From: Felis catus
Taxonomy: Eukaryota
Assembly: GCF_018350175.1 (NCBI RefSeq)
Contig: NC_058368.1
Span: 24,306,001 to 24,370,000, forward strand
Direction of reading: 5' to 3'
Length of the DNA: 64,000 nucleotides
In this document: one piece after another, positions 39,861-52,266 of the stretch
How the letters are laid out: the number at the start of each line of letters is the position of its first letter
Position numbering within the stretch: position 1 is the first letter of the stretch
Made by a program: the position numbers and the translations under genes
The notes under the pieces: generated by a model
What the model saw: only the letters and a program-made list of their open reading frames with translations
Databases searched by the model: none
Told to the model about the DNA's origin: nothing

Positions 39861-41084
39861 GAGCGGACCTTGAAGGAGGGCATTCAAAGTTGCTGGAATT
39901 ATAATAACTAACATTTGCATGCATATCATAGTCAGCAGTGTCACAACCAGTAGTGAATTAACTCATTTAGTCTCGGGAGCAATCACGAATATTCTATCGT
40001 ATTAGATATTATACATATTAGATATACGTGGTGAAGCCAGAATTTTAACCTGGAGGGTCTGGCCCCGGAACCTACTCTGAAATTGTTAAACCATAGCGTT
40101 GAGTAAAGCCACCCAGTGGAAACATCCAGGCTGTACTAGGATTGTGCATAAGGAGTTTGACTGATTTAAGGTAATAGAAAGTGAGGCCAAAAAAGTAATG
40201 TGGGACCGTTGAAGACAATTTTGAGAGCGAAGTTAACGTGTTTGGAATTCGTGGATGCTGTATTTTTTCCTCCCACGGTGGATTAAGAAATGTATATGTG
40301 GGCCAGCCATGTGAATGTTTATAAAGGAAAAGAGATTATGCTTAGTACCGCAGTTAAAATGTGACCACAGTATATTACCAAAGTAGGGCAAGTATTATAT
40401 ATATACCAAAATAAACCAAAGTTTTATTCGTCTTTATTTACCTTTTGTCATTTCTTCATAGTTTCAATTTTATGAAGTTTTAATGGCCTCAAACCTGAAA
40501 AAATGTATATAATTAGTTGCATTATTTTTCGTTGCAATAACTTAGTGGGTTTCAACCACTAGGTGAGTCGGATAAGCCCTACACCTGTAGCAGCAGCCTG
40601 GAGATGGCCAAGATTTCTCTTCTGCTAGTTAATGTGGGCAGGCTAACCATGTTTTTAAAATTGATAGAACATGCTTACCACAACTGAATTATACACTTAA
40701 AAATGGTTAAGGCAGTAAACTTCATGGTATGTGTTTTTTAATCACAGTTTTTAAAAATAAAAAATAAATCAAAATGACCAGCAATTGCATGCAGGCCATG
40801 TTAGGCCTGAATATGTAATGTGTACAGGTATCCATTAAGCAATAAATTCATGTATTGAAGCCCTAGCCTTCCATGCAGGATTGATTTTAGTGCGATATAC
40901 AAGAAAGAAACAAAGGAGCCTAAGTTTTCATTTCTTGTGTATAATTAGGATGGTAGCAGTGAGAATTCAAAGGAGTAACTTTAAGACATTTCACACATAG
41001 GCATGGATGAAAAGAGAGGCAAACAAAGGAAAGAAAATGGTTTGAAGGTGGGACACAGATGCTTCATTTTAGATGTGCTGAGGG

Positions 41085-41304
41085 TTTTTTTTTTTTAATT
41101 TTTTAATAGCTTATTTATTTTTTGAGAGAGAGAGAGAGCAGGAGGGGCAGAGATAGAGGTAGAGGTAGAAGGCTCTGCCCAAGCAGGCTCTGCACTGTCT
41201 GTGAAGAGCCCCGTGTGGGGCTGAAACTCACAAACCGTGAGATCATGACCTGAGCCGAAATCAAGTCAGATGGTTAACCAACCTACTGAGCTACCCTGAT
41301 GCCC
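41085..41304 (-). mobile_element. Can-SINE (ESD 5' intron)
   Basis: Reverse-complement consensus. Confidence 0.88.
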
Positions 41305-41628
41305 CAGATGTGTTGAGTTTTGTTAGCTGGTGACATATCTTGGAAGAAGGGTCCAGCAAGACATTTAAATTCTGGCACTAATGTGTGAGAACGATTGGAT
41401 CTAGAGATGCAGAATTTGATTCTTCCACCTAGAAAATGTGGTAGAAACATAGGGAATGGGGAGGAAGGGCAAGTGCGTGTGAAGAGAAAAGGAAAGGGAG
41501 AAGGGGCAGGAGTAGGAGAACCCGGATCTCGAGTTCTCTCTGAGGCGAGGATTGGTGCAGACAAAAAGGCAAGTAGCATTTGGTCAGGTAAATTTATATT
41601 TCTTATATGTTACTTTGAAAGTTGGATG

Positions 41629-41840
41629 AGGGGCACCTGGATGGTTCAGTCGGTTAAGAGTCTGACTTTGGCTCCAGTCATGATCTTGTGTGGTCTGTGG
41701 GTTCAAGTCCCATGTCGGGCTCTGTGCCGACTGCTCAGAGCCCAGAGCCTGCTTCAGATTCTGTGTCCCCCTCTCTCTCTGCCCCTCCCCTGCTTGCACT
41801 CCGTCTGTCTCTCTCTCAAAAATAAATGTTAAAAAACAAT
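41629..41840 (+). mobile_element. Can-SINE (ESD 5' intron)
   Basis: Consensus match. Confidence 0.9.
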
Positions 41841-43527
41841 TTTTTTAACTTGCATATAATTGGTAGTCTGAAGTTAATAAAATAAGTTATTCATTAATTC
41901 AACAAATAATTATTAGTTATCTCTTATCTACTAGATGTACCATGGCCTGGGAAAGCAGACAGTCCTTACTAAATTTAATAGGACATCCTTATAGAATAAT
42001 TCAGCAAAAAAATTTATTCCTTGGTCTTATGTATATATGCTAAAATTATGCATCTGTCTTTGTCAGTGTATTATTTAAGTTAGGATCATGAATAAGAATA
42101 GCTGAAGTTAATAGTCAATAATTAATAACATTTATAAACTTTGTTAAAAATTGATCTTTTATAGATTAAATGCATACACCTGTGATAGAAGGTAATGTCT
42201 CTATAATTGTAAACCCTAATCCTATAAAATTAGTCAATCTCAGAGTGTCTAACAAAGAGAGTATTTAAAGACCCTCCAAGGAAAGGAGAGTATAGCAGCA
42301 GAGTAGATGTCCTATTGTCAGGCTTCCTGGTTCAAATCCCAGCTTTCCAATGCAAAGCTAAGTATTTGGATTTACTGAGGACGTTACTAAAAGATGGAAT
42401 TTAAACTAATTTTTTTTTAATTTTGCAAAGACATTTCCAAGATTAACTTTTTAAGATTATTGTTAAGTAGTTTTTTAGAGTGACCCTAACACCACAACTG
42501 ATCAGCGTACTGTAGAACCCAGCATATCAGTAGAAATTATGTAGAACATATTCATTGAGAAGACAACTAGAGTGGTAATACCTGTTTCCAGTTTCTGAGG
42601 ATTTTCTATTCAGTGTGTTTGGCTGGTCTGTAATAAGGAGGGGAAGGGAACCTTCCTCAAGAGATACAAATCAGAAGGTTCTTCTTTGCTCAGCGGGCAC
42701 TTACGGTAAGGATGCTTTTCCAGCTTTTTTTGTGTCATTAAAAATTAATAATGTGTGGTATTTTAACATTTAAGTTTAAAACTATTTATGACATTTAAAA
42801 GATTTATTGGAGAGAAAAGAATTACCAAACTTCAAAATCTCCCAACGATAAGCTGCACTTTTAATTCACTAATGTTTTTAAAAGGGAAATTGTTGATCTA
42901 AAAGTTGTACATTGCTTTCTCAGAAAAACTCTCCTGGGACGAGGAAGTTGATCGGGGTGAGCATATCACAGAGTGGCGATCACGCTGTAAGTGCTCAATA
43001 AATGTTTTCACTTACTGTTATCAAAATGGTTATTATTACATCATTCTCCTCCCATTTTAAAATCAGCCATAATCAGTAATACCAATTCTTTGATTCCTTT
43101 GTTAGAGTTGACAAGTAAACTATTAGCAATTTTTTAAAAAAATTTTTAATGTTTATTTTTGAGAGAGAGAGCGCACATGAGCAGGGGAGGGGCAGAACGA
43201 AAGGGAGATAAAATAATTAAAATTCTTTCTGAAAAGAATTTGGAGCAGTCCAGAAAAAGAAAAAAAAGAAAGCTTGTTAATAAATTAGGCAAATTAGTAA
43301 TGACATACCAAAGTACTAAAGTTTCCTAAAGTGCATAACAAGTATAATTGTGTGCATGAAAGTGAGTCAGTTTCTTAATGTTATTTATCAGAGAAAATTA
43401 GCATGTGAAAAAATATTCTAAGTGGAAAACAGTTGCATGTTTGATAATCTATCTGAAAATGAGTTTTCAAATTTTTCAAGAATGAATGTAGAAATGAATG
43501 AGCTTGATCTTTACTAATAGGAGAAGA

Positions 43528-43595
43528 ATGGCATTGAAACAGATTTCCAGTAACAAGTGCTTTGGAGGATTGCAGAAAGTTTTTGAACATGACAG
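43528..43595 (+). CDS. ESD: ESD coding exon 1 (exon begins 43521)
   Basis: taatag|GAGAAGA ATG GCA TTG AAA...GAC AG|gtaatt; [22 protein letters not shown]. Confidence 0.96.
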
Positions 43596-44692
43596 GTAAT
43601 TACTAAGAAGATCTAATTTTAGTATCTTTCATCCTGCTTCTATTTGATTCCTTAATAGGCCCATGAACGATCACTGTTGCACAAAATTACTGTTTACGTA
43701 GAAAAATGCATATAGTTCTTATCAAAATTACCTCATTTGTGATATTAGTGATTATAATACAATATGAGTGACAAACAAACATGTGGTACATTTCAGTGCC
43801 CATGAGCAAAAATGTAATTTAAGATCTTTAGAATTCATTTTTTATAAAAGCTGATTTGTTATTTCATACATTTCTTTAGAAACAGAAAAAGTTTCTCTTT
43901 TAGTAATACTAGTGCTACATTGAGGATGTTACATTTATTCTTTTAATTTATTCCCCCATCCCCCAAGTGACTTATGTGCCATGCACAGCAAAGACTCAAG
44001 TTGGTTAATAGATCAGTATGCTAATTTGGCCCCATTCTTTAAGGATCAAGTTATGTTCCTTAAATATTGGTAGAATCACTTATTTTGTACATTAAAACAC
44101 TTATTTTTATGTTTCTGTCTTAACCAGTCTGAGGCATTGATTTTTTTGTTGTGGCTGTTAAAATTACAGTGTTGAACTGAACTGCAAAATGAAATTCGCT
44201 ATCTACTTACCACCCAAGGCAGAAACTGGAAAATGCCCTGCGCTGTATTGGCTCTCTGGTAAGTATTATGCATTTAAGTTTTAGAAGGAGTTTCTTTTTG
44301 TTTTTAACTGGTTCATCTTACTCTTTTATCTTGATTTCCTCGTGTGCTTTCTGAGCCATTTATAGGACTTTAGGAGCCTCTTATAGTCAACTCTTACTTT
44401 ATCCTGAGAATAACTTCAACCCTATGGAATTACATTTATTTCACTTCTTTTAAAGTTAAACCAAGTAATTTAACAGAAAATGGCAAGAACTTGGAAATGT
44501 TACTTATTCAGGCACCTGAGTGGCTCAGTCAGTTAAGCATCTGACTTTGGCTCAGGTCATGATCTCACGGTTCGTTGGTTACAGCCTCGTGTCAGGCTCA
44601 GGACTGACAGTGTGGAGCCTGCTTGGGAATCAATCTCTCACTTGCTCTCGTTCTCACTCTCTCTCCCTTTCTCTCCCTGCCACTCCCCTGTG

Positions 44693-44752
<60 letters not shown>

Positions 44753-47700
44753 AATAAATAAATAAACATTATTTAAAAAAAAGAAAGAAAAATTACTTAA
44801 CTTGTACCTACCTAAGAATTTTTGAAGTCTATGGAGATTTTACCACTCAAATAGAACAATATTAGGTAAAACACCAGAGCACCCACGATACACTACTTAG
44901 AAACTACCAGCAAATAACTTTTTTGGAGCCTTCTCTAGAATGTTTTAATTGGACTCCACCAATCTTCTCTGGCAACAGTCTGGGAAATCACAAAAGAATA
45001 CTAAAGCTTCTTAAGCAGTGGTGAATATTAAAGACTATAGGATGGATTATGAGACAGTAAGGCTTTGCCACCAGTAGTTTGAAGCTCCCTGCTAACTTAT
45101 TTCACAAGATGTTGTTGGTATTTTATCTTTAGAAGCAAACATTGTAAGGAGACACTGTAGAAATCAAATTATATCATAGAGTGCTCTTTTTGTTACCTTA
45201 AAGTTGCTTATATCTTTGATTTTAGTAAATTCCCACTTACATATGTTTTATCAAGGATAAGCCCCAAATACCAGTCTTTTAAAATGAGAATACATATTTC
45301 GTTTTAAAAGGTAAAAATTTTTTAAGTAAATAAATAAAAGGCAAAAATTAAGTGTCTGTGTGATTGTAACTCAGCGGCCCATTTCTGTGGTTGAAAAAAG
45401 CAATCCGATTTTGCTAGAAGAGCAACAAGTATTGCCAAAAGCAAAAGAAAGAACAAAATTGTATGTTTGTTTTAGAAACAGTATTGTATAGCTGAAGACC
45501 ACCTTAGAAAATAGGTAACTGGGGCGCCTGAGTGGCTCAGTTGGTTGAGCGTCAGACTTCAGCTCAGGTCACGATCTCGTGGTTTGTGAGTTTGAGCCCC
45601 GCGTCGGTGTCTGTGCTGACAGCTCGGAGCCTGGAGCCTGCTTCGAATTCTGTGTCTCCTTCTCTCTCTGCCCATCCCCTGCTTGTGCTCTCTCTCTCTC
45701 TCTGCCTGTCAAAAATAAATAAATGTAAAAAAAAAAAAAAAATTAAAACAAACAAAAAAAAAGAAAATAGATAACTATTCTGTAGGCCCAGAGAAGTTAT
45801 ACATTACCCAAGATCCCTTGACAGAGTGAACAAGTTGTCTGACTCATAGCCTGGCACTGGATTTAGTCCTTCTCTTATTCTTTTTGCATTTTGTTTTCTG
45901 GCAGCAGCCGCTAGAGACCTGTCTCTTGGCTGAAAGAAAGATAACCAAATCAGAAGTACCAGGAGGGTTTGTGTAAGAGGTACTATAATAATAAGGCCCT
46001 AAATTCCTCCACCTAGGGCCGTGGAGGGAGGGTTGGGTGAAAATAGGAGTGACCACAGATGGGAATGGGGTTTCTTTTTGGGGTGATAGAAATGTTCTAA
46101 AATTAGATAGTGGTAGTGTTCCATAATTGTAAATATACCAACAGTCGAGCTGTATACTTATATGGCATCTGAATCCTACCTCAATAAACCTGTCAACCAA
46201 CAAAAAAACCCCTCAAAGCTCTTCATAGAAAATATAGTTGATCTAGTGGATATTAATTTGTAACCGTCTTTATACTTGTGAGAGTAATTCTGCTAGTAGA
46301 ATTATCTTCCCTTCTAGGAGTCTACAGTTTATTCCCTCCTACATTAATCAAGGAATTTGTGTTCTGACTAGAAAACAACAAATTTTTCTCTGGTCTCTAA
46401 ACATTGACATTTCTTAAGCGTAAGACACTGTGCACTGTGTCCGAGGCACAATTCAAGGCTTTTTACATGTTACCACATTTAATCCTCACAGCCATAGTAT
46501 AAGTTAAACATAAGCAGTATTATCCCCATTTTTGAAATGAAAGAACTGAGACTCAGAATATTCAGCTTACTTGCCTAATTTTGGTTAGGCAATGAGTGGC
46601 TGAGTAACATCTTTAGAATGAGATCCTGTCTGAAATCCTTTTCAGACATTCTTTTTACACTATCACCTTGCCTCTAAACACATTTACATTAAGGTCAGCA
46701 AGAGTGCTAACCTTTTAGCAGTATTTGGGGCAGCTCTCCTTCATGATACGGCTCCAGTATCTCTGGAAGACGTACTGGGAAGGAACATGGTAGACAAACA
46801 AGGACCCTGTACTCCGCCATGACTAGTGAAAGTAGGTATGTCCTCACAGTTTAAACATAAACTCCCATAACGCTTTATACCATGATACTTGTAAGTTTGT
46901 ATCTTGTAATTATGAATTTAATCTTCATTAGCAACTTTTTCATAAGTCCCTGTGCTGGCTGTTAGGGGATAAATAGAAACTATAAAAGTGTTCCATAGTT
47001 AATTCATTCTGAGTCATGCGTACTAGTAAGCATTGATGTTGCTAATCATCAGATGTAGTGGAATATTTAGCATTGGACACGGGAAAAGGTGTGTTAGGTT
47101 GGGCAGTACTTAGCTCAGTCATTTATTGCCAGTTTATTGGCCATTCTCACGTCATTATAGTATTAGGCTCCTATAGTAAGAAAATTCAGTCATCTCTTCG
47201 ATCACATGTCTGAAAAGGCTAGATAGCTAGGAAAAATGGAAGAAACAGCTGTAAAAATTGGGGCTAAAATTTAAGGAAGGTACATGGCGACCATTTCTCT
47301 TTTAAATCAGTGAAGAATACAGAGATGATCAGGCAGAATTTTGTAGCTGAGGACTACTCATATATAAAAAAATTATAAGTTATTTATAGTATTATGGTGA
47401 CTTACTGTATTTATGTTTTAATGCAGGAATAGTAACACATTTAATTGGCATGTTTGACAGCACCCCAGTCGGGTTGATATAACATTCTCCAGTTTGAAAA
47501 ATTCTGATTCCCAAATACATCTGGTCCTAAGGATTTCAGTAATTAAAACTTCAGTGAGTGACTTTGAAAGGACAGCTATGGGAGCATTTAACCTAAGACA
47601 GTTCTTGATTAATACTGTTGTAAATTTTACAAGAAAGGGAACTTTATTATCTTCTTTAGAATTATTTCTTTTAAAAAAAGCCTTTTATTGATAGTAAGTG

Positions 47701-50700
47701 AGCTCGTTTTCCCATATCATACAGGGATTAACTCTTATCAGCTATCCACAGTATAGCATGAAATAATCTATTCATCTGCAGGTTTAACTTGCACGGAACA
47801 AAATTTCATATCAAAGTCTGGTTATCATCAAGCTGCCTCAGAACATGGCCTTGTCGTCATTGCTCCAGATACCAGCCCTCGTAAGTGTTCTCGTTCCAGA
47901 TATTCTTTGTAAAAATATGAATCTTTAAAGTATAAGTTGTGTAACGCTATACAGTGTATTTCATATTTTTGCTATTATCTCAACCTTTCAGGTGATAATC
48001 ATGATTATAAAAGACCGTGCTATATATTTTCCTCATTGCAAATTTTACTCATGACATCACTCTTACAAGAACAGACAGTTTTGCTATTCCCATTTTATAG
48101 ATGAAGACGCTTCAAAACAGAGATTGAGCAACTTGGTTAATATACCGTATTGGCACCAGTGCCAAAAGAACATACGATGGATAAGAAGTTTTTCTGTTTC
48201 AAAGATAAACTGCCTTGTCACATGAAAATTAGGTTTTTTTCATCTTCTCTTCATCAAACAATCATACAGTGAAATGTGCATTCGTTTTAATATAAATAAC
48301 TAGAATGCTTACATTGAAGAAATGAAAATATCAAATATTTGAAAACTCAGTCCATCAGAATTAAAGCTTACTTTGTGACCCTAGAAGTGTCAGGAAAAGG
48401 AATTTACTTGTCTTTAATGTTTTTAAAGTGTACTTATTTTTAAGAGAGAGACAGAGTGTGAGCGGGGGAGGGGCAGAGAGAGAGAAGAGAGGGAGACACA
48501 GAATTCGAACAGGCTCCAGGCCCTGAGCTGCTAGCGCCAGACGTGGAGCTCCAACCTGTGAACTGACCTGAGCCAAAGTCGGATGCTTAACCTACTGAGC
48601 CACCCAGGCACCCCTGGAAGTGGAATTTAAACCATGGGGGAAGGGAAGGGGAAAAATAGTTACAAACAGAGGGAGGGGTGCAAACCACAAGAGACTCTTA
48701 AATACAGAGAACAAACTGAGGGCGGATGCGGGGGGTGGGGGAATGGGTGATAGGCATTGAGGACGGCACTTGTTGGGATGAGCACTGGGTGTTGTATGTA
48801 AGCCAATTTGACAATAAATTATGTTTAAAAAAATGGCAGCTAAAACTATCTGGAAGATAAATGGCGGGCCTTAGGAAGTAGTGCATTTCCTTTCATATCA
48901 CATATAATACACCAAAGCAAGACAGGTCTCACTAGAAATGTAATAAAAAATTTAATTCAGGGGCACCTGGGTGGCTAAGTGTTGGTTAAGTGTCCATCTC
49001 TTGATCACAGCTCAGGTCTTGATCTCAGGGTCATGAGTTCAAGCCTCACATTGGGCTCCATGCTGAGTGTGGAGCCTACTTTTTAAAAAATGTAATTCAG
49101 AGTACTATCAAAAATGTTAAATGCCTAGGAATAAACTTTAAAAATATGAAGAATTATTTTTTAAAAGAATTGCAAAACCTGCCAAAGATCATAAACGAAG
49201 ACTTTAATAAATGGAAAAATGTCATGTTCCTGGATGAGTAAACTGAGTATTACAAAGAGGTCATTTCCCTGAAATTACGTATTGCCATAATTCTATTAAC
49301 AGTCTCAGTTGGCTTTTTAACTACCTAGAAGTATATAAAATAAAACCTAATAAATTTTAAAAGATTATAAGAAAATCCCATTGGGGAATGAATAAGTAGG
49401 GGAAACATGATGGAGTGATTCCAAAATACATAAGGAGACATTTTCAGTGCAAGATAGTGAACTCAGCACAAGCATCTTGTCTCCCTTCCCTTGAAAAGAA
49501 GTGTTGGTAATAGGGGAGGGGTCATCAGAGAAGGAATCTCAGCACATTTTAGAAGGATAGAGGATATAAGCCCTTTGAGAGGTAAACAGTGAAGAAGCAT
49601 ATATTCAGAATACATAGGGGTGCCCTGGGTGGCTCAGTTGGTTGAGCAACCAACTTCAGCTCAGGTCACGGTCTCATGGTTTGTGAGTTCAGGATCTGTG
49701 CTGACAGCTTAGAGCCTGGAGCCTGCTTTGGATTCTGTGTCTCCCTGTCTCTCTGCCCCTTCCCTGCTCACACTCTGTCTCTGTCTCTCTCAAAAATAAA
49801 TAAACTTAAATTTTTTTTTTTTTAAAGAATACATTGGAGGACATTTCATTCACAAAGAATATCAGTGTGCCTCACCTTGGCAGTGAATTCTCCAGCCTGA
49901 AAGGGCATTCCCTCCCTTGCCTCATTGACTAGAACTAGTCACGTGGCCCTATTGAGGGACAAGAGGGCCAGGAAGTATGTGCCCTAAGAGGCAGAGAACT
50001 GCAACAGTTGGCGATCAGCTCAGATGCAAATGAACTTTCAGATTCATTTAAAAGTGTGTTACGAAATACAGGTTATCACTACGAAGTAGGTGAAACCACA
50101 GGATTTTCCCTTGATAGGTGGCTGCAATATTAAAGGAGAAGATGAGAGCTGGGACTTTGGCACTGGTGCTGGGTTTTATGTGGACGCCACTGAAGATCCT
50201 TGGAAAACTAACTACAGAATGTATTCTTATGTAACCGAGGAGGTAATTTCATTTGTGTTGTACTTATTAACTGATGATTGCCAATAGTTTGGTTTGGGAC
50301 ACAGAGTCCTTCTAGTCCTGAGAATTTTAAATCGGGGTGTGGTAGTATTGAATCTATTTGGTACATATTTATTATCTTAGTGAACATTCTAAAGTTTACT
50401 TGTACAATAGTCTTATGACAATTGAAGTTAACATTAAGTACACTTTTAAAGAGGGTAATAATTATATTGACACCTTTATACACTACCCAGAGGATATAAA
50501 GAAAACAATATATAAAAAAACTTTTCATTTCTCTGGCAGCCAGTTCATTCAGACATATTTTATAATGATTTACCAAGGCTTAGTTAGAAAGGATAAATAA
50601 GTAGCTAAATCACTGCTTCTATTAATAATATTTATGTGTAGTTTATGCATTTTTCTAAATTTTGCATATGTACATCATAAAACTCAATGATAACAAAATT

Positions 50701-52227
50701 TTAATCATCTATTATTCTGCACCCCAAATAACAGCTATGTTTTGGTATATTCCAGACTTTTTTTCTATGACTAGTTTTCCTAGAATTATAAAAGTTTTTT
50801 TTCATGTTCATTTTTTTAATTGTATAAAACAAACATTTTCTAATACTCTGTTGGTAACATAACCTTAATAATTTCATAATATTATATCACGTGTCATAAT
50901 TTACTTTTTTGTAATATAGTATACTTACATATTTACATATATTTTTTACTGTATTAAGTTTTACTGCATTGAGTGTCTTTATGTATCATCTTTCCCCCCT
51001 AAGGACTTTTCCCTTAGAATAGATGCCAAGAAGTGAATTTTAGACATTTTAAAGGTTCTTTCTGCATCATTTTCTTTATGCTGCTTTCCTAGAAGGATGT
51101 ACCATGTTTTCTCCAGTGTTACGTTAAGAATCCTTGTCTACCTGAGATTTTTATTTTTCCATCTTTGTTAGTTCATACTATTGTAAGACTAGATTTGGAA
51201 GTATTGATTGTGTAATTATTTTATATAACTTTGGAAAAGTTTAAACTTACTTCTCATACCTTCTGTCATATTATTAAATTCTCTCTAGCTTCCCAAACTC
51301 ATAAATGCCAATTTTCCAGTGGACCCCCAAAGGATGTCTATTTTTGGCCACTCCATGGGAGGCCACGGAGCTCTGATATGTGCTCTGAAGAATCCTGGAA
51401 AGTACAAAGTAAGATTACCGAAGCTTCCAGTGACAAGTATTTCTCTTGGATAATATCAATTAGGAACTTTACAAAGAGCAATAGTAGGATATTATTAGTA
51501 GTACTGGGACTAAACTTTTCTAGTGTTGGGAATGAGCTGTAGGGGAAGAGCATTAAACTGAACACAAAATTATATGCTCCAGAATCAGAAGTGTAGGAAT
51601 TCTATCACATTTGGTCTACTAAAAACATTATAAAGCAATTTCTACTGCTTCTATTCAAACTGTAGCTTGAGTCGTATTCTTGTTACTATTGCAGTATATA
51701 TCACATTTTTACCAGGAAATATATTTGTTAATGGAGTTCGATGTTCTGAGGGAAGAAGAAGATATTCATGATTTGTGAAAGTGAAGAATTCTCTCTTCTC
51801 AGTGCCTTGGATGAAAATTGGATTGCAGCGTAACTGATAGATAACATCGTCAGTCTTTCCATTCATTTATTTGAAACTGTATAGCTTTACTTTTTTGTTG
51901 TTTAAATGAGCCAAGTTGGAATGACCACCATATGTAGAATGTCTGACTGGCAGAGCAGCATACCATCGTGTTGCAAAAGGGAACGTTGAAACAGGCATAA
52001 TCTCAGGACTGCTTCTGTCTTTAAAATCACAGTGCTGTCGGATACCTCAAGATTTGTTTAATCCATTTCCTTCCCCCAGAAGGAACTTCTTAGTCATTTC
52101 AGGTGTGCCACTGAGAAGTGAAAATATTTCTTATGGCAGCTTCTTATTGCGGCATCAAATATTTTTCTTTTAATAGGCTTTGCTATATAAAGTTGAATTA
52201 ATTCAAGTCCTGGCAGTGGGTTTTTAA

Positions 52228-52266
<39 letters not shown>

